A stretch of DNA of 64,000 nucleotides, from the NCBI GenBank assembly GCA_965205975.1, contig OZ242195.1:5248001-5312000 (forward strand), given 5' to 3'. This document shows, piece after piece, positions 27,635-39,212 of the stretch (positions are counted from its first letter, which is position 1; every line of letters begins with the position of its first letter). Both the position numbers and the translations under genes were made by a program. The notes under the pieces are model-generated. The model saw nothing but the letters and a program-made list of their open reading frames with translations. It did not search any database and was not told the origin of the DNA. Source of the stretch: Candidatus Latescibacterota bacterium. GTDB lineage: Bacteria > Latescibacterota > UBA2968.

Positions 27635-28123
27635 GTGATGAATTTGCTTTATAAACCCGATGGATATCCCATTTATGTCGTTGTGGAAAATGTTCGTTCA
27701 CTGTTTAATGTGGGCGCGATTTTTCGCTCGGCAGATGGGGTTAATGCGTCGGGGGTTTATTTGACGGGATTTACGGGATGTCCCCCGCGCAAGGAGATCA
27801 GTCGCGTGGCGTTGGGCGCAGAAGAGACGGTGCCCTGGTATTATGAACGGGATACGGCAAAGCTGATCGGCGATTTGCGCTCGCAAGGTGTACAGGTGGT
27901 TGCATTAGAGCAAACGCCAGATAGTGTCGATTTTCGAACTTTTTGCTATCGCTGGCCGGTGGCTGTGATTTTGGGCCATGAAGTGACGGGTGTGCGTCCC
28001 GAGACACTGTGTTTGTGCGATAGCGTTGTTCACATTCCGATGTTGGGAACAAAAGTGTCTCTAAATGTGTCTGTAGCTACAGGGGTTATGCTTTATGAAT
28101 TGTTGTCCGTTTTTGAGAAGTAG
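27635..28123 (+). CDS. TrmH/SpoU-family RNA methyltransferase
   Basis: ENVRSLFNVGAIFRSAD, ILGHEVTGV, IPMLGTKVSLNVSVA. Confidence 0.92.
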   Translation: MMNLLYKPDGYPIYVVVENVRSLFNVGAIFRSADGVNASGVYLTGFTGCPPRKEISRVALGAEETVPWYYERDTAKLIGDLRSQGVQVVALEQTPDSVDFRTFCYRWPVAVILGHEVTGVRPETLCLCDSVVHIPMLGTKVSLNVSVATGVMLYELLSVFEK

Positions 28124-28172
28124 CCAGTTACCCAGCCCCACTGTCCCCCAAGGCAGGGTTGGGTGGATGAGA

Positions 28173-28207
28173 CTGACAACCGATAACTGACAACTGATAG
28201 CTGAGAA
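28173..28207 (+). repeat. Heptamer tandem repeat (CTGAYAA-like x5)
   Basis: CTGACAA CCGATAA CTGACAA CTGATAG CTGAGAA, just before the RBS of the next gene. Confidence 0.7.
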
Positions 28208-28220
28208 AGGACGTATCCCG

Positions 28221-29423
28221 ATGAGTTTACGCTTTTGCGCTGTGCTTTGTATGCTTATGGTCTTGAACGGGGAGGGTCTGCGGGCTGAAACGAACGTGTT
28301 TTGGGTGGCTAATGGTCCTATGGCATCGGATTTTGATGGCGATGGCGAGGTGACGTTTTCCGATTTTTTGCATTTTATCAATAATTTTAATGTGAATTCA
28401 GAGGATGAGAGCTATGACCCTCGCACGGATTTGAATGAGGACGGGGTCACGAATTTTAACGATTTTTTGGCATTTAATTCTTCTTATGGTCAAACAGAGA
28501 CCTCTGATGAACCGAGCGGAGATCGATATATTATTTATGTGGCGGATGTAGATGATAGTTCGGTTATGGCACTGGATTCTGATTCACACCTGATACTTGA
28601 TTATATGCCCTACCGCGGTCCGGGTGGGGTGATAGTATCTGAGGATCAGCAGTCGATTTATGTGACGGAGGTATTTGGGTTTTTCAAGATGGATACGCGC
28701 CATGAGGTGGAGTTTAGCGTGCCTGTTGAATCTCGGGGTAAAGCGGTGCTGAGCCTGGATCAGACGCGGGCTTATGTGGCTGATCAGGTACAGGACCTGG
28801 TTCGGGTGGTGGATGTGGTGAATGGCGTTACCACAGATTCTATCCTGGTGGGAAATCGGCCAATTGACGTCGCGCTCTCGCCCGATGGCACAAAGTTGTA
28901 TGTGGCAAATCAAACAGATCGAAATGTGGTCGTTGTCGATTTGGCAACGATGACGGTTACGGCGAGGATAGTTATTGGTGATATTCCGTTAGAGATTTCA
29001 ATTACGCAGGATGGCGCGCGCGCTTATGTAACAAATTGGAGTCGCGGTGTGATTTCTGTTTTGGATCTCAATACCAATCAGGTAGTGGGTGCGCTTCAGA
29101 TTGATCAGGAGGGTTCGTTTGGCGCAGAGTTTTCGCCCGATAGAAAATTATTATACGTGAGCGCGCAGGGCGTGTTATTGGAAATTGATGTAGAGCACAA
29201 TTTGATTGTTCGCACATTGCGATTGGGGAATGATTCGACGGTACTCGGGGTTTCGCCCGATGGCTCTCGGGCTTATGTTGCAACGCTTGTGCAACAGGCT
29301 GGGGGACCGGGACTTACAGTGGTGGATTTGGATGAGTGGAGGATTCTCGGACGGATACGGGGGTTCTTTTTCCCGAGGCAGATCGCGTTTCGGACTGTGC
29401 CGAGGATGACGGGATCTCAGTGA
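28221..29423 (+). CDS. Secreted dockerin/EF-hand + YVTN/YncE-type beta-propeller protein
   Basis: Signal peptide; DFDGDGEVTFSDF and DLNEDGVTNFNDF loops; repeats such as SPDGTKLYVAN, QDGARAYVTN, SPDGSRAYVA. Confidence 0.87.
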   Translation: MSLRFCAVLCMLMVLNGEGLRAETNVFWVANGPMASDFDGDGEVTFSDFLHFINNFNVNSEDESYDPRTDLNEDGVTNFNDFLAFNSSYGQTETSDEPSGDRYIIYVADVDDSSVMALDSDSHLILDYMPYRGPGGVIVSEDQQSIYVTEVFGFFKMDTRHEVEFSVPVESRGKAVLSLDQTRAYVADQVQDLVRVVDVVNGVTTDSILVGNRPIDVALSPDGTKLYVANQTDRNVVVVDLATMTVTARIVIGDIPLEISITQDGARAYVTNWSRGVISVLDLNTNQVVGALQIDQEGSFGAEFSPDRKLLYVSAQGVLLEIDVEHNLIVRTLRLGNDSTVLGVSPDGSRAYVATLVQQAGGPGLTVVDLDEWRILGRIRGFFFPRQIAFRTVPRMTGSQ

Positions 29424-29454
29424 GGTGAGGGTATGATTTGATGTATAAAAGGAT

Positions 29455-29482
29455 AAAAAGCGACCTTAATGGTCGCTTTTTT
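29455..29482. terminator. Bidirectional intrinsic terminator
   Basis: AAAAAGCGACC-TTAAT-GGTCGCTTTTT between convergent genes. Confidence 0.75.
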
Positions 29483-30182
29483 ATTTTTCGATATTTTCCG
29501 CAAACAGGTCGAGACATTCTGCCATGAGGATATTGATGCGTTCAAATTCGTGTTGATTTTTGAGTATTTCGTGGGCGGGCTGAATATAGGGCGCATCGAC
29601 GATTTCGTGCCCACAGTTATCAATCAATGCCTGGGCAGCGTCGGGCGTTGTTTCCAGGTGGAATTGCAATGCGAGGATCTGATTGCCTACCGAGAATGCC
29701 TGATTTTTGCAGGCAGGGCTTTTGGCGAGATGAGTCGCGCCAGTGGGGAGGTCATAAGTATCGCCATGCCAGTGAAAAACTTCGCCAGCATTGGAGAGTA
29801 CCTTTTCTATTGAACCGCTGGGCACCGCTCGCACGCCTTCAATGGAAAACCAGCCGATTTCTTTGTGGTTATTGGGATAGACTCTGGCTCCGAGTACTTC
29901 GGCGATGAGTTGGGCGCCCAGGCAGACGCCCAGTATCTGTGTACCGGAATTGATCGCCTGTTTCAAAAATGCTTTCTCTTGTATGAGCCATGGGTGGTCG
30001 CGTTCGTCATAGACGCCCATGGGGCCGCCCATGACGACGAGTAGATCAATTTCATCGGCTGAAGGCAATGCCTCGTCGGTAAAGAGGCGCGTACGAGAAA
30101 TTTGAATGCGACGCGCTTTTGCCCAGGATGCAATGCTGCCGAGGCCCTCGAATGGCACATGCTGGAGATAGTGTAATTTCAT
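29481..30182 (-). CDS. Class I glutamine amidotransferase-like protein
   Basis: LQHVPFEGLG, VMGGPMGVYD, LGVCLGAQL (Cys), FHWHGDT, LQFHLE. Confidence 0.92.
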   Translation of the reverse strand: MKLHYLQHVPFEGLGSIASWAKARRIQISRTRLFTDEALPSADEIDLLVVMGGPMGVYDERDHPWLIQEKAFLKQAINSGTQILGVCLGAQLIAEVLGARVYPNNHKEIGWFSIEGVRAVPSGSIEKVLSNAGEVFHWHGDTYDLPTGATHLAKSPACKNQAFSVGNQILALQFHLETTPDAAQALIDNCGHEIVDAPYIQPAHEILKNQHEFERINILMAECLDLFAENIEK

Positions 30183-30186
30183 GATT

Positions 30187-31185
30187 TTAAGCAATGTCAA
30201 CGGGTTGTTGCGTTCTGATGGACTCGTAGATGGCGTCCATTGTTTTCATATTGCCAATGCTGTTTTCGGGCGGGATGCGGTGCGGTTGCCCGGTTTCGAG
30301 GCAATCGCACAGATGGTGGAGTTGGTTCAGGAATTGAAAGACGGGTTCAAATTCATGGGTTTCAACGCCATCGCGGGTGTGAACTTCAAGGGTCGTGGGC
30401 TGGTTTTCGTTGTTCCAGGCGCGTTCTGTTCGCAACATGCCATCGGTGCCCGAGATTTCAAAATATTGTGAGGAGGCCATTTTGAAGCTAAAGGTGAGCT
30501 GTGCGGTGACATGATTGGGAAATTCGTAGATGGCGATAATTGTTTCATCCACTTCTCGACCAAATTCTCCCGTGGCATAGACGCGGGTGGGATCGGCGTT
30601 GGCAATAAAGCGGGCATGATGGGTATTGTAACACCCCAGATCATAGACTGCACCTCCGCCTTTTTCTTTGTTGAAACGCCAGTTGAGTTCGGGTTTTCGG
30701 CGGTCGTCTGAAACGCCCGTGCAAAAGGTGCTGCGAATATTGCTCAGGAGTCCGATTTGTCCGCTGTCGAGAATTTCTTTGGTTTTTAGATGTACGGGGT
30801 GATGGCGAAATTTGAAGGCTTCGGCGAGGAGGATATTGTTGGCTTTGGCGCAGGCGACCATTTCCCGGCATTCTGCAGCGGTTTGTGTGATGGGTTTTTC
30901 ACAGAGGATGGCGCGGACTTTTTGCGATTTTGCAATTTGATTGCTCAGGCTGGCGTGATAGCGGCCCCAGGTGCAGATGATGGCGATGTCGAGGTTTTCA
31001 TTGTCGAGCATCAGGTCGAGATCGGTATAACCTTTGCGGATGTCAAATTCGCCGCGATATCTCTCAACTGCTTCGGGCAAGACATCGCAGACTGCAACGA
31101 TTTCTGCGCGGTCAGATTGTGTAGCCGCCCGGCCATGAGCGCGCGAGATACCGCCAGCACCGACAATTCCAATGCGATAAGACAT
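30187..31185 (-). CDS. Gfo/Idh/MocA oxidoreductase
   Basis: Start MSYRIGIVGAGGIS at 31185; ILCEKP; GGGAVYDLGCY. Confidence 0.92.
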   Translation of the reverse strand: MSYRIGIVGAGGISRAHGRAATQSDRAEIVAVCDVLPEAVERYRGEFDIRKGYTDLDLMLDNENLDIAIICTWGRYHASLSNQIAKSQKVRAILCEKPITQTAAECREMVACAKANNILLAEAFKFRHHPVHLKTKEILDSGQIGLLSNIRSTFCTGVSDDRRKPELNWRFNKEKGGGAVYDLGCYNTHHARFIANADPTRVYATGEFGREVDETIIAIYEFPNHVTAQLTFSFKMASSQYFEISGTDGMLRTERAWNNENQPTTLEVHTRDGVETHEFEPVFQFLNQLHHLCDCLETGQPHRIPPENSIGNMKTMDAIYESIRTQQPVDIA

Positions 31186-31207
31186 GTAAAACTCCTGAAA
31201 AAGATTC

Positions 31208-31822
31208 TCAGCCCAATGCATCCAATATATGTCGCGCAACAGATTCAGCCAGTTCAGCAGAGCCTTCTTTTGAAAAATGTACATTGGCGGGGAGTTGTAT
31301 ATCGTCAAGGCGTTCCATAGCATAGGTATAGAGGTCATGTGTGGGAATGCCGTGTGCAGCCATGACTTTTTGTGCGATGGCGTTGTATTCAACTTCGTCG
31401 CCGGGTTTGCGGATGGACGCGCCTTCGGGAACCGGTGTGGTGGCGCACCAGATCAGTTTGGCACCGGTTTGTGCGAGGCGTTTAACCAGGGTGTCGAGGT
31501 TTTGTTCGTATTGGTCGGCAGGCACTTGATGTTGGCCCTGTGGGGGATCGACGCGCTCACCCTGTTCTGTCATATAGACGATGTCGTGTAAGCCCCAGTT
31601 GAAGTGGATGACATCCCAGGAACCATCACCGAGCCAGTTTTCGATTTCTTCTGTGCCGCGCTTTGTCGGTCCGCAGTTGGTGAGCGGGCGGTGGAGATTG
31701 GCTTTGCCTTTGAGCAGTTCGCGCACGGGCACGGTATAGCCAATGGAGATGGAGTCCCCAATGATCAATACGCGAGGAAGGCCGGGGTCGTCTTCAATGG
31801 GTTCGAATGCTGGGTTATTCAT
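31208..31822 (-). CDS. SGNH/GDSL hydrolase
   Basis: [22 protein letters not shown]. Confidence 0.9.
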   Translation of the reverse strand: MNNPAFEPIEDDPGLPRVLIIGDSISIGYTVPVRELLKGKANLHRPLTNCGPTKRGTEEIENWLGDGSWDVIHFNWGLHDIVYMTEQGERVDPPQGQHQVPADQYEQNLDTLVKRLAQTGAKLIWCATTPVPEGASIRKPGDEVEYNAIAQKVMAAHGIPTHDLYTYAMERLDDIQLPANVHFSKEGSAELAESVARHILDALG

Positions 31823-31844
31823 GTGGTTCTCCTTTTTATGGGTC

Positions 31845-33503
31845 TTATGCGTTGTGCCATGCGTCTTCCCAGGGTGTACCTTCGAGCGATTCTGCGGCGA
31901 TATCCTGGGGACCGCGTTTGAGCACTTGTTCTTTATATTTTTCGATGCTCAATTTGTCGGGCGATAAGGAGGTTTCTTTGCTGATGGCGCGGGTAAATGC
32001 TTCGGCAAAGGTTTCGATGCTGTCTTTTTCATCGTCCGGCAAGCGGTTGGGCCAAGGGCCGTCGTTGAGGTTGACCGCGCGGCATTCTTCTTCTGTGGGA
32101 GTGCGGGCCGGACCGGGATACGAGCGCAACCTGTCGCCGTCAAGCGAATTACTCAGGCCATATTGTCGTTCCCATGCGATGATTTGATTGCGAAATTTTG
32201 CCGCCAGTGCGGGGTGTTTCGCGGTGAGGTTGTGCTGTTCGTGTGGATCGTTTTCAAGGTCGTAGAGTTCTTCGATTCCGCCGTGGGCAAAGAAGGCGTA
32301 TTTGTGTTTTTGGTCGCGTGCTGAAATCCAGCGTCCTTTGCCCTTGCCGTAGTCTATTATGGTGGATTCTCGGGGCTCCGCCAGACCTCCACCTGTTGCG
32401 CTGAGGAGATTCGCCCCTGGTAACGGGCCGTGTTCCCCTGGATGCTGGAGGTCGAGTTCTTCAATGAGGGTGGGAAAGAAGTCGAGCAGGCTGACGAGGT
32501 CATTGCATTGCCGTCCTGCTCGCGTTTTGCCGGGCCAGCGCAAGAGATATGGAATGCGCACGGAGGATTCATAAGGGCAGTTTTTTTGTGAGAGGCCGTG
32601 TTCGCCCATCATTTCGCCGTGGTCTGAGACAAAGAGAACGACAGTGTTATCGGATAGGCCGAGGGTTTCGATTTCATTCAAAATGCGACCGATGCCGTCG
32701 TCAACATGAGAGATGAGGCCATAGTAAAGGGCGCGGAGGCGGCGCAGGCGGTCGGGGTCGCGATGGGCACCATCCAGACGTCCGCGGCTGCCGTAAAAAT
32801 TGGGTGGTAGGGTTTCGATAGGGCGGTCGGCAAAGGGTGGGAGGGGCATATCGGCGGGGTTGTACATATCGTCGTACGGTCCGCAGGGCGCAAAGGGCGG
32901 GTGCGGCGATATCCAGGAACTCCATAAAAAAAAGGGTTGATTGGGGCGGTAGCGCGTGTGTTCGCGGAGAAAGTCAATGGATCGGTCGGCGACCCAGGTA
33001 TTTTTGTGGTGTTCAACGGGTATGCCACAGGTTTGGGGCTGGAAAAAGAGCAGGTCGCGAATGCCTTTGGGAAATCGGGTGCGGACGCCGTTTTCTCGCA
33101 GATATCGGAGGTAGTCATCATCGACCCAGTGATCGATGCATTCTTCCATGGTGAGGAGGTTTCGGAAGCCGTAGTGCCGACCGTGAAAGTGCATTTTTCC
33201 AATGCCCTGTGTCCAGTACCCTGAGCGCAGTAGAAGCGTCATGATGGTGGGGAGTTCGGGTAAGGGACCAGGTAGCGCACTGTTGTCTGTCCAGTGGTGC
33301 CGGGACATTCTGTGACCGGTGATGAAACTCATGCGCGCGGCAACGCAGACGGGGGTGGGTGTGACTGCCTGCGTGAAGCGAACACCAGAATTTGCGAGTG
33401 CGTCGAGGTTGGGCGTGTGGATTGTTGTATTTCCAGCGCAGCCCAGGGCATCTGCGCGCTGCTGGTCGGTCATGAGGACGAGAATATTGGGGCGATCAGG
33501 CAT
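31845..33503 (-). CDS. Sulfatase (CxAxR variant)
   Basis: [38 protein letters not shown]. Confidence 0.92.
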   Translation of the reverse strand: MPDRPNILVLMTDQQRADALGCAGNTTIHTPNLDALANSGVRFTQAVTPTPVCVAARMSFITGHRMSRHHWTDNSALPGPLPELPTIMTLLLRSGYWTQGIGKMHFHGRHYGFRNLLTMEECIDHWVDDDYLRYLRENGVRTRFPKGIRDLLFFQPQTCGIPVEHHKNTWVADRSIDFLREHTRYRPNQPFFLWSSWISPHPPFAPCGPYDDMYNPADMPLPPFADRPIETLPPNFYGSRGRLDGAHRDPDRLRRLRALYYGLISHVDDGIGRILNEIETLGLSDNTVVLFVSDHGEMMGEHGLSQKNCPYESSVRIPYLLRWPGKTRAGRQCNDLVSLLDFFPTLIEELDLQHPGEHGPLPGANLLSATGGGLAEPRESTIIDYGKGKGRWISARDQKHKYAFFAHGGIEELYDLENDPHEQHNLTAKHPALAAKFRNQIIAWERQYGLSNSLDGDRLRSYPGPARTPTEEECRAVNLNDGPWPNRLPDDEKDSIETFAEAFTRAISKETSLSPDKLSIEKYKEQVLKRGPQDIAAESLEGTPWEDAWHNA

Positions 33504-33542
33504 GGTGTTTCCTATGGCAATTCACGACATCTGGTATTTAAT

Positions 33543-35039
<1,497 letters not shown>

Positions 35040-35090
35040 CTATAGGAAAGTCGAGAAAGTCGATGAGGATTATTTTTCCCCTTTAGATAG

Positions 35091-35130
35091 AATACAAAAA
35101 TCCCCTTGACGCAGACACATCAAGGGGATT
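35091..35130 (-). terminator. Terminator/attenuator hairpin in the guaB leader
   Basis: Minus strand AATCCCCTTGA...TCAAGGGGATT running into TTTGTATT, about 65 nt before the guaB start. Confidence 0.75.
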
Positions 35131-35228
35131 CAAGCGGCAGGCACAGTTACACACTCCGCTCCGAGGCCTGGCGGAGGTGTAAACCGCCGTTTTTTTCGGC
35201 AACAATAAGTGTAAAGCCTCTGGTACAT
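35130..35228 (-). CDS. Putative 32-aa guaB leader peptide
   Basis: GGAGA-AAATC-ATG; MYQRLYTYCCRKKRRFTPPPGLGAECVTVPAA*; the stop codon abuts the terminator stem. Confidence 0.5.
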   Translation of the reverse strand: MYQRLYTYCCRKKRRFTPPPGLGAECVTVPAA

Positions 35229-35259
35229 GATTTTCTCCAAATCGCGATTAGATTTGCCA

Positions 35260-35288
35260 AATATACCGCTTCTCTTTTATTCTGTCAA
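35260..35288 (-). promoter_or_regulatory. Sigma-70 promoter for the guaB leader
   Basis: Minus strand TTGACA-17 nt-TATATT. Confidence 0.75.
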
Positions 35289-35638
35289 TATGTGTGAAAT
35301 AGATTTTGTTCACAATGGTCTCTGGAAAAGGGGTTGACACCGGTCTTTACTGCTTATATTTTTATTTTTAATTAACTCAAACTTCTAATATTGCTGTTGA
35401 TTAATTAGTTGTTTTAAATTTTTGAGACCGGGATAATTAACACTCCTCATAACGCATTGTTGCAGTGTTGGATATACCGGGAACTCTACTGATTTGTATT
35501 TCGTTTAATCTAAAGCAGATTTTGGCTTGACAGGGTTTTTTTCATTCATTAGATTCTTCAGCCCTGCTACCTGTAATCGCATTATTTTTTGGTGTGAGTT
35601 ATATATTGTTATTAACAGGAAAGCGGCTTGTCTAAACT

Positions 35639-36886
35639 ATGTGTCGTTTTCTGCGAATTTTCATCCCATATAGTATGGAGATTGGGACCATGATTTTAAA
35701 TTTAAAATTCCGATCAGGTTTTTTGGCTTTGTTCTGCGGTTTTTTGGTTTTTAGTGCAGCGTCACTTTGTTTTGCCGAAGAAGGTGAGACCGAGATGACA
35801 CAGGCGGATTCTATCAAGAGGGCCGGTCAACATTTGGGTTGGGGTGATCGGTATCTCAAGAGTGGGCAATATGAAGACGCCGAAACACAGTTGCTCAAAT
35901 CCTGGGGATTTAATCCCAGAAGAGCAGCAACGGCTCGACGCCTGGGCAAATTGTATAATGAAACAGAAAAATATGAGGATGCCATTCAGTGGTATCAAAC
36001 AGCCATTGAACTTGAACCCAAGAGCAAATACACCAGGGGGGCACATTTTGCCTTAGCTGGCATCTATATTATACAGGAACAGCCCGAGAAAGCCATTGGA
36101 AGTTATGAAGCATTGCTGGCATTCAACCTCGAGTCAGAGGAAAAAATTAAATACTATCATGCGCTGGTCAGTTTGAATGTTGAAACTGAAGAGTATGAAA
36201 AAGCATTGGAGTATGCCAAAAAGTGGGGTGAATTAGCTCCCGATGAGCCCGAAGTGCGGGATATGATTGGTAAATTGCATCTGCGAACAGGTGGCGAGGA
36301 CGAAGCTCTGGTCGAAATGGAGAAAGTGCTGGAGATAAATCCCGATGATTATGCTACGCTGGAAAAATTGGCGGGGATGTATGATCGAAGAGGCGATGAT
36401 GATAAAGCCTTTGATGCCTTTGAAAAATTATATCAAAATGATGATTCGAGTGTTTTCTTTCTGGAAGAGACCATTAAATTGGGCAAGAGGATGGGGAAAT
36501 CCAAAAGCTGGATTGTCAATCGGCTTGAAAAATTACACGCCATGCGGCCCGACAATTTAGGCGTGATCGAAGAATTGGCCGAGTTGACCGGGAGCCTCAA
36601 GTGGGTCAATAAAGGACTGAAACAAGATCCAAACAATGGCCTGTACCCCTACATGAGGGGCAACCATTATTTTAACAGATGGGAAAATTCAAGTGCCAAA
36701 CAGGATTCGATCAATGCCTTGATATGGTATAGAAGGGCGTTGAAAGATCCGATGTGGAAAGGCAATGCCAACGCAATGATCCAAACACTTGATCCACCCT
36801 TAACAGATGAAGAGAAGAAGCGTCGAGAATTTTTTGAAGGTAGCAAACAGAAAAAGGAGGAGGTGGAAACAGAAGGTAAGAAGTAG
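35639..36886 (+). CDS. Exported TPR-repeat protein (start may be 35690)
   Basis: Signal-peptide-like segment and multiple TPRs (LGKLYNETEKYEDAIQWYQTAIELEP). Confidence 0.85.
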   Translation: MCRFLRIFIPYSMEIGTMILNLKFRSGFLALFCGFLVFSAASLCFAEEGETEMTQADSIKRAGQHLGWGDRYLKSGQYEDAETQLLKSWGFNPRRAATARRLGKLYNETEKYEDAIQWYQTAIELEPKSKYTRGAHFALAGIYIIQEQPEKAIGSYEALLAFNLESEEKIKYYHALVSLNVETEEYEKALEYAKKWGELAPDEPEVRDMIGKLHLRTGGEDEALVEMEKVLEINPDDYATLEKLAGMYDRRGDDDKAFDAFEKLYQNDDSSVFFLEETIKLGKRMGKSKSWIVNRLEKLHAMRPDNLGVIEELAELTGSLKWVNKGLKQDPNNGLYPYMRGNHYFNRWENSSAKQDSINALIWYRRALKDPMWKGNANAMIQTLDPPLTDEEKKRREFFEGSKQKKEEVETEGKK

Positions 36887-36946
36887 AAGGTTCTATGTTG
36901 TTAATCCATTTTTCGCAATTCATAACCTAACTTCGGGAGATGTGGC

Positions 36947-37567
36947 ATGGTTGATCTTTTTATTAAAGGCGGAAACTTTATGTATCCGTTGCTGGTGATG
37001 TTATTTTTTGGTGTTGTGGTGATGATTGAGCGTTTTTACACGCTTTTTAAGGCGCATATCAATGCCAAAGAATTTATGGTAGAGCTTCAGGATGCCCTCA
37101 AGCAAAATGGGCCAGAAGGTGCTGCTGAATTGTGTTCCAATACGCGTGGCCCAGTCGCCACAGTGCTGCATGCAGGGCTGCTGCGTTTAGACCGCGGTAT
37201 TGAGCATGTGGAAAAATCGATTGAGGAATCCGGTGCTATCGAAATGGCTTTTCTCGAGCGTGGTCTCGTGTGGCTTTCCACTGTCGCAAACCTGGCACCT
37301 CTTGTTGGTTTTCTGGGTACCGTGTCGGGTATGATCCGGGCGTTTAACGATATTGCCGCTGCTGGCGATGTTGATCCCAGCGTTGTGGCCGGCGGTATTT
37401 CGGAAGCTTTGATTACAACGGCTTCGGGCCTGGTGGTTGCTATTCCGGTGCAGGCTGCATACAACTTCTTTCTGTCAAAAATTGACAAGATCATCATCGA
37501 TCTCCAGGAAAGCTCCAATCAATTTGTCGATGACCTGATTCAGTTGGGCTACGGCAAGGAGGACTAA
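36947..37567 (+). CDS. exbB: MotA/TolQ/ExbB proton channel subunit
   Basis: APLVGFLGTVSGMIRAF, GISEALITTASGLVVAIP. Confidence 0.92.
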   Translation: MVDLFIKGGNFMYPLLVMLFFGVVVMIERFYTLFKAHINAKEFMVELQDALKQNGPEGAAELCSNTRGPVATVLHAGLLRLDRGIEHVEKSIEESGAIEMAFLERGLVWLSTVANLAPLVGFLGTVSGMIRAFNDIAAAGDVDPSVVAGGISEALITTASGLVVAIPVQAAYNFFLSKIDKIIIDLQESSNQFVDDLIQLGYGKED

Positions 37568-37570
37568 GAC

Positions 37571-37975
37571 ATGGCCCTTCAGCGACGCGAAAAATCTTCA
37601 CCTGAAATCCCCACCGGGTCTATGGCAGATATCGTGTTTTTGTTGCTGGTATTTTTTCTGGTGACAACCACGATGAACCAGGATAAGGGTATTGGTATGC
37701 ATTTGCCCCCGGCAGGCGAGTCCAAGAAAATCCAGAAGAAAAATATTTGCAATGTCTGGGTCAATGTCAATGGGGATATTCTCATCAATTTGGAACAAGG
37801 TGTACCGCTGAATATGCTTCGAGCAGATATTGAGCAGCGATTGGCGCAAAATGAGAAGCTGATCGTTTCATTAAAGGCCGACGAAGAAACGCCCTATGAA
37901 AAATTTATCGATGTACTCGACGAAATTAAATTATCAGGGGCAGATAAAATTTCGCTCGCCTCGCCCAGTGAGTGA
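37571..37975 (+). CDS. exbD: ExbD/TolR-family protein 1
   Basis: GSMADIVFLLLVFFLVTT with the conserved Asp; KADEETPY. Confidence 0.9.
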   Translation: MALQRREKSSPEIPTGSMADIVFLLLVFFLVTTTMNQDKGIGMHLPPAGESKKIQKKNICNVWVNVNGDILINLEQGVPLNMLRADIEQRLAQNEKLIVSLKADEETPYEKFIDVLDEIKLSGADKISLASPSE

Positions 37976-37990
37976 GTTGAGGAGGTTCTC

Positions 37991-38398
37991 ATGAATTTTA
38001 AGAAAAAGGGTGGTGTCTCGCACAGCATTCCTACCGGTTCTATGGCCGACATTACTTTTTTGCTGCTCATTTTCTTTATGGTCTCTACGGTTTTTGTCCG
38101 CTACCGCGTGACGGGCATTATTATGCCCAAGGCCGAAAAAATCGAAGAGCTTAAGAAACGCCGCCACATCAACTATTTGTGGGTTTCTGCTGATCGCAAA
38201 ATCTATATTGACGACAAGTTGGCGAATCTCGACCAGGTAGCCGGGATTTTTTACGATCGCCGCGTCAGAGATCCCCGTATGGTTGTGTCACTCAAATGTG
38301 ACTATCGCGCGCCTTATGGATTGATCAGCAGAGTGATGGAAGAATTGCGCGAGGCCGATGCGTTGCGCATCAACTTTGCGACTAACCGAGAGGGGTAA
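37991..38398 (+). CDS. exbD: ExbD/TolR-family protein 2
   Basis: GSMADITFLLLIFFMVST; KCDYRAPY; ALRINF. Confidence 0.9.
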   Translation: MNFKKKGGVSHSIPTGSMADITFLLLIFFMVSTVFVRYRVTGIIMPKAEKIEELKKRRHINYLWVSADRKIYIDDKLANLDQVAGIFYDRRVRDPRMVVSLKCDYRAPYGLISRVMEELREADALRINFATNREG

Positions 38399-38401
38399 GC
38401 T

Positions 38402-39049
38402 ATGGCAATGATTCGGGGAAAAGCACCAGAAGCCGATTTGCAACGCACGTATAATAAGGTCTTTGGATATTGTACGTTGATCACGTTTATCTTGCATACC
38501 GCCGTGGCTGTGATTTTTCCAACTTTTGAAGCCTCTGCGAGTGATCGGAAGAAGAAACAGATTATTATTGAAAATGTGGATATTCCAGAAACCCAACAGA
38601 TCAAGCGTCCGCCACCGCCGCCGCGGCCTGCTGTGCCAATTGAGACAGAGAGCGACGATGTGCCCGACGATGTGACTATTGAAAGCACAGATCTCGATTT
38701 TGACGATGCAATGGTCGATATGCCACCGCCACCGCCGCCGGGTTCAGGAGAGGAAGAAGAAGAAATCTTCGAGTTTTTCATGGTTGAACAAAAACCAAAA
38801 GTCATAAAGCAGGTGAACCCGAAATATCCGGAAATCGCCCGCAAAGCTGGGTTGACTGGAAAAGTGTTTTTGAAGTTTTTGGTCGATAAGAGCGGTCGGG
38901 TGAGCAATGTGTCCGTACTTAGAGGTCAAGAAATTTTCCGGCAAGCAGCGATTGATGCTGTTCTGCAATTCAGGTTTGAACCAGCCCAACAAAATGACAA
39001 GCCGGTTTCTGTATGGATGACACAGCCGATGTCTTTCCGTCTGAATTGA
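38402..39049 (+). CDS. tonB: Energy transducer TonB
   Basis: N-terminal TM with His, Pro-rich linker, TonB_C PKYPEIARKAGLTGKV...FRFEPAQQ. Confidence 0.9.
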   Translation: MAMIRGKAPEADLQRTYNKVFGYCTLITFILHTAVAVIFPTFEASASDRKKKQIIIENVDIPETQQIKRPPPPPRPAVPIETESDDVPDDVTIESTDLDFDDAMVDMPPPPPPGSGEEEEEIFEFFMVEQKPKVIKQVNPKYPEIARKAGLTGKVFLKFLVDKSGRVSNVSVLRGQEIFRQAAIDAVLQFRFEPAQQNDKPVSVWMTQPMSFRLN

Positions 39050-39067
39050 GGTGGTAGTTTTATTATT

Positions 39068-39104
39068 AAAAGGCCATTGTACTGGGCGTACAATGGCCTT
39101 TTTT
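39068..39104 (+). terminator. Intrinsic terminator
   Basis: AAAAGGCCATTGTAC-TGGGC-GTACAATGGCCTTTTTT. Confidence 0.8.
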
Positions 39105-39212
39105 GTATAAATATGTAAACAATACTTGACATATACGCCGAAATTTTACAATATATATTGCCTAATCCGAATTTTAAGTCTTTGTAAAGGTTCAAAATAG
39201 AGGAGATTTTCC

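Noticed and set aside
35140..35190. Resemblance of CCAGGCCTCGGAGCGGAG to SRP RNA (ffs) helix 8
   Set aside because: Lacks the GGAA tetraloop and AGCA symmetric loop; better explained as a hairpin inside the guaB leader.
35293..35314. TGTGAA...TTCACA palindrome as a CRP or Rex site
   Set aside because: Spacer is too long for CRP (N6) or Rex (N4); may be another operator but unsupported.
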